DNA of 64,000 bases from Anthoceros angustus. Its lineage: Eukaryota; Plantae; Anthocerotophyta. Below the pieces are notes generated by a model. It ran no database searches, was not told where the DNA came from, and saw only the letters and a list, made by a program, of their open reading frames with translations. Shown one piece after another: positions 1 to 10,567 of this stretch. The stretch covers positions 434,001 through 498,000 of the forward strand of contig VJWM01000116.1 of NCBI GenBank assembly GCA_010909165.1, in the 5' to 3' direction. The translations under genes and the position numbers were made by a program. Position 1 is the first letter of the stretch; each line of letters opens with the position of its first letter.

Positions 1-24
1 AGCAGTCTGCTTGGTACGCGCCAT
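1..24 (-). CDS. H3: Histone H3, N-terminal 8 codons (gene continues beyond the left edge)
   Basis: Reverse complement of 24..1 reads ATG GCG CGT ACC AAG CAG ACT GCT = MARTKQTA, the conserved H3 N-terminus. The variant (H3.1 vs H3.3) cannot be determined. Not in the ORF track. Confidence 0.93.
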
Positions 25-954
25 GACGAGAGGTTGTCGACCTTGGTGAGGAGGATGCACACTGCGGCGGCGCTAGGACAACAAGATAGGCTGATCGAGC
101 AGCGGGAGTCGGAAGGACAAGGACGGGAGTTTCAAACCAAAAAGCAAGCGTGTTTTGGATCTGGATCCTGGGCGTCGCGTTTGAATGCCAAGCACCAGGA
201 AACTAGAACCGGAACCGGCTACGAAACGCTTCTAATCGACTCAATCTTAAACGAACCAAACGTTTCTTTAATTTTTGAAGGTAGACCAGACCAGGCCGTT
301 CCATGCATTTTCCTCGTAATTCAAGCTGTGCGCTGTTGTTTTAGAGAAAAAAAGGACGCTGGCGCGCTTTTTCCTTCATTCTATGCAAGATAAGTAAAAA
401 GGTATTCCACATGAGCATCGATGACCCTATGGGATACCGTTCTTGTCACACCCCGCGGACATGGAATACCGTACCCCGGGGGATGGTTCAACAGGATAAT
501 GCCGAAATAATTATTTTTTTTAAAGTTCAATATAAATATTTATATTTTCAAAATTTAAATATTTATGAAAAATGATTTAATCAAATTTCAATATTTATTA
601 AAATACATAGGTATCTATATAGAACTAATGGATATGTATAGACCTCCCCTAAATAGGCCCTAATTTTCCACACAGACCCTAGTTCCCTTATTTTCGGCAT
701 CTTAAACTCATAAATTTGTACATATTCAGCATTTTAAGTATAATAATTTCTGGATTTTCAACTTTTACTAATTTTAATTAATTAACGTCGAATCACTCCT
801 CGGGTACGGTATTAATCTCTTCAGCGGCCGACTTGTGTGTGACATTATTTTTGGTGGTATTGGATGTGAAAATAGGCATCCTCCAAAGAATTGGTATTAA
901 CATATTCATGCCACATCACCCCTGGACCAGCCGCATGCCGCACAGAAGTTTCCA

Positions 955-1120
955 TCATATACAACTTGGCCACAAGTGTATGGAATACCGAAGTGGTCAC
1001 GGGGCAGCCTATCACACAACTTGGCCAAAGGTGTATGGAATACCAAAGTCATTGCCGGGCGGCCTATCATACAGCTTGGCGACATGTGTATGGAATACCG
1101 TAGTCGTCACCGGGAGGCTT
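955..1120. repeat. 55-bp tandem repeat, about 3 copies
   Basis: GTGTATGGAATACC recurs at 976, 1031 and 1086, with similar intervening sequence. Confidence 0.9.
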
Positions 1121-1298
1121 GTATGTGACAACTTTTTCTTCACAAGTATTCTACACTTAGATGCCTGGACATTTTTAAGATTCCTTTGTCTTGTATGGGC
1201 CACATCATTGCATGATGGGCTATATGCAACCAAAAACTTCTCATCTCACAACTTGGGCTCTAGTGTTCAGATGTTGTCATCCAGGTTTTTTCTTGCTG

Positions 1299-1545
1299 TT
1301 TAGGGTTTTTCTTACACACATACACATGTTTATGTTCGCTTGCTGTTTAGGGTTTTTCTTACACACATACACATGGTTCTGTTCGCTTGCTATTTAGGGT
1401 TTTTCTTACACACATACACATGTTTCTGTTCCTGTTTGCCTGCCGTTTAGGGTTGTTCTTACACACATACACATGTTTCTGTTCCTGTTCGACTGCCGTT
1501 TAGGGTTGTTCTTACACACATACACATGTTTCTGTTCGCCTAGAA
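1299..1545. repeat. 47-53 bp minisatellite, 5 copies, each starting with TTTAGGG
   Basis: Unit TTTAGGGTT(T/G)TTCTTACACACATACACATG(T/G)TT.. at about 1299, 1346, 1393, 1446 and 1499. Confidence 0.92.
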
Positions 1546-3654
1546 CACACATGTACATGATTGTTAGACATGTCTGGCCTTGTGCAAAGGCCACGGATAT
1601 TCACTCCCATGCAATGAATACGGATGCAACGGCTCGCCATTAAGTCACGATACGCATTGTCCTCTGAGCCATCTACCATAGAGGCCTGGTCAAGAATTGC
1701 TGACAGACTGCTCAAGGATTGCACAAGGCCATTTCCCCAATGTCTGCTTAAGGCCTGCTGAAAGTTTGCTGAAGGCTTTTGAAGGTTTGCTCAAAGGTGA
1801 CGAAGGCTGCTGAAGGTGTGCTCAAGGTTGCTCAAGGTCTACACATGGATGTTGCAATGGCTTATGGGTCCCATACTTTGTGCCTCAGGTTGAGGTTCGC
1901 GAGGGTTAGCCAGATGGGTGCTTGCGAGAATGTGCAAGCGCCAATGTTTCCACAATCCTAAGAAAGAAAAACTTGTTTATCCCAAAAAGATTCTTGACAC
2001 ACCTCCTGACGACATCGGTACATAGAGGGCAAGCTAGGTGCCCTTGACCGATGTCGTCAAGTATGTGACCTAAGAAAACTTCTTATGTAACACTCGTTAA
2101 AAGCCCTTGGTATAACGGTGACAAGATCGGTATTCCATATAGATGTTCAGATCTTGTTATCCACTTTTTTCTTATGGCATTTAGAGGTTTGTGTTGGAGG
2201 CCACATACACATATGTTTTCTGCACATGCCCACTATAAATCTGTGTAAAACTCTGCTCATCTTTGCTCCCGTTTTTTTTCGCGCCCGTTGTTGAATAATA
2301 GATTTAGGGTTCTCGTGGGCGGCATGGCATTTTGCATCGTGCAAGCTAATGTCATCAAAAAGCATAACATTGTGCTATGGAAAAGATGTACTACATTGAG
2401 CATGGCAATCCACAAAACAAGAAATGCACTATGTATCTTGTTGAGAGACGCTACCTTGTTGCGGTCTCGAAAACTCGATAGCTGCAAAGTTATCGAGGCC
2501 AAGTCTCTGTCCTTGTAGCAAAAGGGTAGGCGGGGTTGCCCAGCAGTCTTCAACCTGTCCTGGGGTTGGAGAAGCAACTTCGGCCCTTCTTACATGTCGA
2601 GGTAGTCGCAGCCTCGACTTTTGGTGCTTCCTTCTTGCGCGCTAGTGTGCTTTCATTATGGCGCCCCCAGCTCCTGCTCCAGCATATTCTCGTTTTCCCA
2701 TAAATTGTTCGAGGGTATGTATATGGGGCGAAGGGGGGCTACTCAGCATGCGAATTCGGGGCCCTTTTGGGCCATACTATCACTGTGGGTCATGGAAAAT
2801 ATTGTCAAGTGGAATCGGGTTTCGGAGGCAAAAAAAGGGGAGGAGTGTAGGACGAGTTTTGACATCTTACTTTGGATGTCCACGGGAATAGAGGCCCTTC
2901 ACTAGTGGATGAAGCTTGATCCTAGGGCGCATGCCTTTTGGGTCAAACCTCATGTCCCCTATCCACTCACACAATGGAAGAGCCTTCCGTTTAAAGCCTC
3001 CAATGTGCTACCTAGAACATAAATGGAGTGCGACAAAAGCGCAAGGAACTTTTGAGCCAAATGCCCACAAGCTCCTTGATATCTTGGCTCTCCAAGAGAT
3101 CCTGATAGCGATTGGACACTGGCTCTTGATAATACCTAGGTTTCAGGTCATCACTTCACCCAATAACTTTGATCTCACTGGCGTGCGTGGCCTTGCACGG
3201 GTAGTATCCCGAGAGTTTCGAGTGGTCGCCTTAGGGACCCCGAGCCCTTAGGCTGAATTTGTCCTAATTAGCGGAAGCCACATCAGGCTATTCCCTTGGC
3301 TGGTGGGATCCATTTATGTCCCACAACGACGTCATTGGGAAGCCCGAATAGTCGCAAGAAAGGAGAGTAAACAAATCCTTCGAGGTCTCTGGGCAGATTT
3401 CATGATAGCCCATCACTCATCATGGGGGACTTCAATACCTCTCGTGATGAGATTGATAAGTGAGGGCAAAACCTGCCAACTCCCTTTACCGAAATGCCCC
3501 CGCTTGGCCACACCTCCACGTACCACTCTAAAATGGAGGTCCTTAAGTCGGTGGTGGATCACTTGTGGGTTTATGATAGGGCCCATGACCTCTTCACTCG
3601 GCCACGTGTGCGTAAGTCTTGTAATATTTCGGATCGCTAACCTCTCCAAGAGTC

Positions 3655-3750
3655 CTTCAAGAAGTCAGCTTTTGCCCTTGCGATACCTCCTCCTACCCCA
3701 CTTCAAGAAGTCTGCTTTTGCCCTTGCGATACCTCCTCCTACCCCACTTC
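3655..3750. repeat. 47-bp tandem duplication in degenerate TE-like sequence
   Basis: CTTCAAGAAGTC(A/T)GCTTTTGCCCTTGCGATACCTCCTCCTACCCCACTTC twice, with 1 mismatch. Confidence 0.9.
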
Positions 3751-4320
3751 CTAGAGTGGTGGTCAAGACGATTGCTGCTCATAAAAATACAATCCTTGGT
3801 GATGACCTTCTTAATTTTTAATGGCTCCTAGACGAAGGACGTGCCATGCCTATCTTCAAGCTTCTCCCAAAAGCAACCAATACATGGGGTTGGTGATGCC
3901 TCCACGTAACCCGTACCATGGCTAATGCCAATCCTAGCCCTAACTCACATAAACAAAAAAACCCTAGCTCACGCAAAGCCCCATCGCGGGATCTGCATGA
4001 ACATATATTTTCTAGTATTCTACGTATATATCATTCCCCAAAATCTTCACTATTCTCACTCCTACTACCATGCCCCCGCGGACATCCCGATGTAGGGGAG
4101 CCACTTCGGGTGCAGCGTAACTATGGCACCGGATATTTCCATGTGCCCGGCCCGTGTGGTTGTGCTACCAATGATTCCTTTCCACACTAGGGGAGCACGG
4201 TCGGGCGCGTGGAGGTGAGGAGAGAGGGGTGAAGGGAGTGGGTGATGTGAGGCGTTGAAGCTGGCAACATATACCTCTAATTGTAGGCCTTTTTTGGTTT
4301 AATTTGTTTTGATGATACAC

Positions 4321-4345
4321 CACTACAAAAAAAAAATGGCAATAT
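4321..4345 (+). mobile_element. Orphan CACTA/EnSpm-type terminal inverted repeat
   Basis: CACTACAAAAAAAAAAATGG matches the CACTA terminus motif. No partner end (..TTTTGTAGTG) was found by eye. Confidence 0.5.
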
Positions 4346-4976
4346 CTAGCGGTTGCAATTGTGATTGTGGTCTTCTACGTGTGCATTGCGGTCATAGTTG
4401 TGAAATTGCCTACCTAGACGATCATGACACTACTAGTGGTCTTAGCTACATATTTTCATACACAGCCCATTGGGGGTGACGAGAACGGTACACCATATGA
4501 TCCTGACCTATGACACAGTAAAATAGAAAAAAATAATCTATACACACTTGATATATCAAACTTTTCTTTTGAAAACGGGTTAGTCTTCTTAGCTTGCAAT
4601 GGAGGAGCTTCGGCTTGGGATGCTTGGTGTTTCATCATTCAGGAAGGGCATACTTGGCGAGTAATCAGGTTGAGGCCCACATACGTCCAACCAGCTCAGG
4701 ATGCTGATCTACTCATCTTTTATCACTTACAACACCGCAAGCTTGCTTAACTCCTAAGGGAATCGTTAGCGGAGGCAATCTAACAGTCGCTGGGCAAGAG
4801 ATGAACGTCCCATCATCCGTGAGTTAATGGTGACCGCAATTGAAAGACAATCGCTGCAACTTTCATTGAATTACCCGTCACCTGAAGAGGACTTGGAAAA
4901 ATTCCGTCTTTGGTTGAGTCTAGGGTCGATATCTTCCAAAAACACTTCGTGGAACAGTGCGATAGTAGTCGGAGGC

Positions 4977-5159
4977 TGTAGTTCTCGTACCTAAAATTTT
5001 AGGTTTTTGAGTTCTCGCCTTCGTTGCATGGGACTCTACATGTCACTAGAGACATAAAAATATGGATGTAGTTCTCGTACCTAAAATTTTAGGTTTTTGA
5101 GTTCTCGCCTTCGTTGCATGGGACTCTACATGTCACTAGAGACATAAAAATATGGATGT
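4977..5159. repeat. Exact 90-bp tandem duplication
   Basis: GTTCTCGTACCTAAAATTTTAGG...TATGGATGT starts at 4981 and 5071; the two copies are identical. Confidence 0.95.
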
Positions 5160-5189
5160 GAAAAAACATGTGCGAATATACAAGGGATG

Positions 5190-6510
5190 TTGTCTTATGA
5201 AATCTTAGTTTCGTCTCAGTTTGGCTTCTTCCAGCTTTTCGGAGAATGCACATCTTGGATTGGTTGTAGTTGCACATGTTGTTCCAAGTGTTGAAGATCT
5301 TTAATGATTATTACATAGAGCGAGTGAGTGATAGATCTGTCCATAAGATAACATTTCCCCGACTCCATCGGAGAACGCCTAGGTAGCGTTGCTAGAGTTA
5401 TATGCACGTGCATAAATTCATGAATCCGCGTCCACTGCACGAACCTCCAATCCTTTTGCTTGCTTTTGATGATTTTGATTTAGATAGCTTAGCTTTGCTT
5501 TTGCTGTTTTTTTTGTATGTGCTTCAATTATTTTGCATGCTTCAACCATTCAGTCAACATAACTCATGTATATCAAAACGATTCAAATGCAACCCAATCA
5601 AGAGTCTTATGAATAATGCCTCACTCTCGTCCAGTTAGTTGAGGTATGTGGAGTTGAACCATAGCCCTTTTGGTATAAGAAAGCCTCTTCCAATTTCAAT
5701 TGTATGAACTTGATAATGGGGAGAATTTTTTTTTTATATCATTGACAATTCATACATTCCAGAAGATTAAGATTAAGAGTTGATAAGAAGAGACTCGCAC
5801 AGAAAATTTGTTCTGTTGAGGCAGTCTTTTAATGAAGCTGTAAAAATTGAACATGACCTTGTTTGGTTTGTCTTCTTCAATTCTCCCTTCTCTATATCCA
5901 TTTGCTGTACAATCAGCATTGCCTACGTGAATGCCGATTAACTTCCTTCTAGTAGAAGAAACACACCCCACCAGAATCTTTGTAATCCAGATAGATAGTG
6001 CAAGATAGATTGACAAAACAATTTACAAAAAACCTATTCTCAAAGACAAGACAACTTACATACTATATGATGGGTTGCGCACCATGAACCCTAACCTCTA
6101 TTCAGATGTTCAACTCAAACCCCTATTCATTTGAAAGGAGGTTGTTTTCACCTGGCCCTATACCCTAGTCCTAAGTTTAAACTGCTTTCAAACTAAATTC
6201 TCAATGAAACCTAGATTTGTAGCGACAACACTTAAAATTAATTTTGCTAAACAGATAGTTACAACTACTTAGGCTCCAAATGTGCGTCATGAGCTATAAA
6301 GAAAGAGCACAAACCTAACGCTATCTAAGTGTACGTCCTCCGACAGAGTTGAGAGAATATTATCACCCGGATGAGTCATTTGCTCTCTCCACGTGCTAAC
6401 TAATGAAGATCTTCAACACTTCGAATAACAGGTGCAACATTAACCAATCCAGGATGTGCGCTCTTAGAATTCAAGCTAGAAGAGGTCAATAAACTAGGAT
6501 GAAACTGAGA
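5190..6510. repeat. Diverged ~200-bp inverted repeat pair (5190-5390 vs 6510-6320)
   Basis: + strand GCACATCTTGGATTGGTTGTAGTTGCACATGTTGTTCCAAGTGTTGAAGATCTT vs - strand GCACATCCTGGATTGGTTAATGTTGCACCTGTTATTCGAAGTGTTGAAGATCTT; similarity extends on both sides. Confidence 0.75.
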
Positions 6511-6734
6511 TGAAGGTTTTTGTTGAACCATGAGCTAGTAAAAGCAATCAGGATTACTTGTTGTCACAAGAGGTTTCAGAACATTGTGAAAACGATTAAA
6601 CCTATCTGCTTAAGAGTGTCAAGAATTATTGTACATTCTAAAGACAATTAAATTTGCGTGCTCAAGAGCGACAGGGATTGCTGAATTTTGTAAAACCAAG
6701 TAGATTTGCGCTCAAGTGTTTTTGGAAGAGAATG

Positions 6735-8390
6735 ATGACTCCGCCCGACAAAGCGCGGCCCGACCCACAAAGTGCGGCCCGACCCACAAACACCTCGACC
6801 CACAAACACTGCCGACCCACAAACACCGCCTGACGACAAACACTGGCCGACAAACACGCCCGACAAACACCGCCTGACCCACAAACACCGCCTGACCCAC
6901 AAACACTGCCACCCACAAACACTGCGACCCACAAACACCGCGACCCACAAACACTGCTGACCCACAAACACACCCACAAACACCCACAAACACTGCGCGA
7001 CCCCACGCGACCCACAATGGCGCGACCCCACGGCCGACCCACAAAGCGCGGCCCGACCCACAAAGCGCGCCCGACCTGGCGGCCCGACCCACAAAGCGCG
7101 GCCCGACCCACAAAGCGCGGCGCGACCCACAAAGCGCGGCCCGACCCACAAACCCCTGCCCGATCCACAAATACTTACCCAACCCACAAACACCTGCCTA
7201 ACCCACAAACACCTGCCCGATCCACAAATACTTACCCAACCCACAAACACCTGTCCGACCCACAAACACCTGCCCGATCGATGAAGTGTTGCTCGACCGA
7301 CAAACACCTGCCCGACCCACAAACACCTGCCCGATCGATGAAGTGTTGCTCGACCGACAAACACCTGCCCGATCCACAAATACTTACCCAACCCACAAAC
7401 ACCTGCCCGACCCACAAACACCTGCCTGATCGATAAAGTGTTGCTCGACCGACAAACACCTGCCCGGTCCACAAATACTTACCCAACCCACAAACACCTG
7501 CTCGACCCACAAACACCTGCCCGATCGATAAAGTGCTGCTCGACCGACAAACACTTGCCCGATCGATAAAGTGCTGCTCGACCGACAAACACTTGCCCGA
7601 TTGATAAAGTGCTGCTCGACCGACAAACACTTGCCCGATCGATAAAGTGCTGCTCGACCGACAAACACCTACCCGATCGATAAACACGTGTCTGACCCAC
7701 AAACACCTGCTCGACCCACAAACACCTGCCCGACACACAAACACCTGCCCGACGCACAAACACCTACCCGACCCACAAACACCACGCGACCCACAACAAA
7801 CACTGTCGACCCACAAACACCTACCCTACCCACAAACACCTACTCGATCGACAAACACTTGCCCAACCCACAAACACTGTGCTGACCCACAAAGCGCCGG
7901 CAAACAAACACACCGCGATCCACAAACACACCGATCCACAAACACTGCCGACCCACAAACACCGCCGACCCACAAACACTGACCCACAAACACCTGCCGA
8001 CCCACAAACACCTACCCGCCCCACAAACACCGCCTCGACCCACAAACACGCGACACACAAACACACCGCGACAAACACCTACCGACCCACAAACACCTGC
8101 GCGACCCACAAACACTGTCGACCCACAAACACCTACCCTACCCACAAACACCTACTCGATCGACAAAACGCCCAACCCACAAACACTGCTGACCCACAAA
8201 GCGCGGGCAACAAACACACCGCGATCCACACACTGATCCACAAACACACTCGACCCACAAACACCGACCCACAAACACCTGACCACAAACACACTGAGCC
8301 CACACCTACCCGCCCCACAAACACCTGCCTGACCCACAAACACCTGCCCGACCCTCAAACACCTGCCTGACCCACAAACACCTATCTCGA
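6735..8390. repeat. Complex CA-rich minisatellite, core (C)GACCCACAAACAC
   Basis: Dozens of core copies with sub-domains of different unit types. All overlapping ORFs are low-complexity artefacts. Confidence 0.97.
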
Positions 8391-8525
8391 TGAAAAGCAT
8401 GTGAATAAAAGCGAGAGTTTATAGGCTGAAACCTATTGTTATTGTATTCTTAAATTGAATCTGGAGGCTATTTCAGAGAAATGTACGAACTCTCATGTGG
8501 GTGAGTATGGATTCTGAGAAGCAAG

Positions 8526-8725
8526 AATGATAGAGTGCTCCTTTAGTAGGCAACATGCACGAACACATGCATTCAACTAACCTACCATGAGAGTTTTGAC
8601 AAATGATAGAGTGCTCCCTTAGTAGGCAACATGCACGGACACATTCATTCAGCTAACCTATCCTGAAAGTTTCTGGAATGCTATAATCCTCCTTTAGAAG
8701 GCAACATGCACGAACACGTGCATTT
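8526..8725. repeat. ~76-bp tandem repeat, about 2.7 copies
   Basis: AATGATAGAGTGCTCC(T/C)TTAGTAGGCAACATGCAC at 8526 and 8602, with a diverged third copy at 8677. Confidence 0.88.
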
Positions 8726-9039
8726 GAGTTTAAGATGCAAATCATTCTTAGTTTCCGAGGCACAAAGCGAGTCCTTCGAGTCCTAGTTTCCGAGGCACAA
8801 AGCCTTCCTTTCAAGTTGAAGTCCTTCTTTACCAGGTTTGAGACCTTCCTCTCTGGGACCTTCCATTTTATTTGTTTGTGTCATAAATACTATAATTAAA
8901 AGAGACCTTGTGAATAGTTTGCGAAGGTTGGTAGCAAGAGGGAGTTCATTTGTGGCATTATGGATATGTCATATTTGGCTTTGACCTAGGATAGAGGAGA
9001 AATCCTCTAACCCTATATCCTATGTAATACCTCATTTGG

Positions 9040-9325
9040 GTTTCACAATTGGTTTCACAATTGGTTTCACAATTGGAAGTATGTGCTTAAATTGGGTTCG
9101 TGACTCTATACGTATCATGCAACAAAAAATTGCTCTGTTCGTGTGGGAAATTCTTCTTTCATCCCGGTCCCTCACATCCCTCCCTATATATGTCGTTCTC
9201 AGTGGTTATGTCCTTCGCAGCGGTCGTGTGCGAGAATTGGTTGTGTTTTGCGTCTCATTGGTAGTGTTATGCGTCTCATTGGTAGTGTTATGCGTCTCAT
9301 TGGTAGTGTTATGCGTCTCAGTGGT
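9040..9325. repeat. Short tandem repeats: 12-bp x3 (GGTTTCACAATT) and 21-bp x4 (TTGGTAGTGTTATGCGTCTCA)
   Basis: Visible directly at about 9040-9075 and 9237-9325. Confidence 0.88.
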
Positions 9326-10567
9326 CGTGCTCGCGGGCTTGGGGCTCGAGTCCCCACCCACACAATTCCCTGTTACGGGGAAAAGGAGGTTTAGGTTACC
9401 GTATTACTATCCTATGCATATCCTTATTTTTATATCATAAGGCGTATACGCCCGGGATAAGCCCGGGATACGCCCGTGATTTTGCCCTGTTCATATCCCA
9501 GCTTCTTGCTTTCATAACGTCCCTTTCAATAGTCGTGTCCGTTTTTCTGGCCGTGTCCACGGGGTTGTGAGGTTGGTCTATTGCTGTTCCAGATTTATCA
9601 TATTATCCTTTCTAGACTCTTGCGCTCCTTTTGTCCGTTTAACACTGCCGCCGTCCTTGACAGCAATGGAAAAGAAAGTAAAACGGTAAGAGAGAAAAGG
9701 ATATCGAGGCTAGGTTCGAGGGTTCGAGGAGGAGCGTGTGACAGCTTAGCTTTGAGGAAAAGCATGTCGAATCTTGGGGTTGAGGAGAGACTTGAGAAGA
9801 AAGTCGCGTCCAGAATTATCCTAAGGTTTGAGACTTCCCTTTCCTTCCTTCCGTTAGTTAAGAGTTTGGCGGGGTCTGAATGGCTAGGAAGTCATTGAGG
9901 GAGGCGAGGGATCTCTACTTGTGTTCGAATTGCAGCGCTTTATCTTCTGAATCAGTAGTTTCTCTTCACATTATCTCGGAAGAACAACATCTGGTGTGCT
10001 GAGTTCTGCGGTCGTTACCGGGTTGACGCCGTGATACTTGGACGTGTGTGCTCTAGCCTTTGTATGTACTTGGAAGCGTTCGCGCTAGCCTTCGAGCCGT
10101 TTTCTTCTCGAGATGAAAGAACAAGACTTTTCTCGATGTAAATTGGCTGCAATCCTTACATATGTAGGTAGGTAGTTACTCGTGGGATTCTGCAAACGGA
10201 AGTAACAAAACAAGCTGCGCATATGAACGGATAGCGCTAGCAACGGAGAGCCCTAGGGGAAATGTCGCCTCAAGCAATGGACGGCTTTCCAGAACCTTCA
10301 TTTCCGTAAAGTCAATGAACTAAAGTTTTTTGTTTGTTTGAAGACCTAAGCAGTGGTGGGGTTGTAATTAACAGCAGGTCCTGGATATTTGTGAGCATGT
10401 AGCCGTTTGTTTGGTCACCCCGGCAGAAGCTTCGGGAACTGCTCCCGTCTGGAAATGAGCGGATTCTGAGACTCATTCTGTTTCCTGAATCGTATCGCAG
10501 GCTCGGTGTTGTCCCCTGGGATCGGGACGTTGCAGCAGTCTATGAAGGATGTGCTCTGCAACCACCT

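Noticed and set aside
34-393. 119-aa + strand ORF
   Set aside because: Non-ATG start, no homology recognised, and it lies antisense over the H3 5' UTR and promoter.
465-813. MITE defined by 12-bp (465-476/802-813) and 9-bp (499-507/692-700) inverted repeats
   Set aside because: The arms are short and unevenly spaced with no TSD; too weak to call an element.
955-1545. CRISPR-like appearance of regularly spaced repeats
   Set aside because: The intervening sequences are homologous rather than unique spacers, there are no cas genes, and the context is eukaryotic.
2100-4200. Several 70-170 aa ORFs
   Set aside because: No recognisable domain in the frames examined; probably old TE debris that cannot be assigned without a search.
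6648-8400. Many long overlapping ORFs on both strands
   Set aside because: They are translations of the minisatellite, whose core lacks stop codons; no domain and no splice context.
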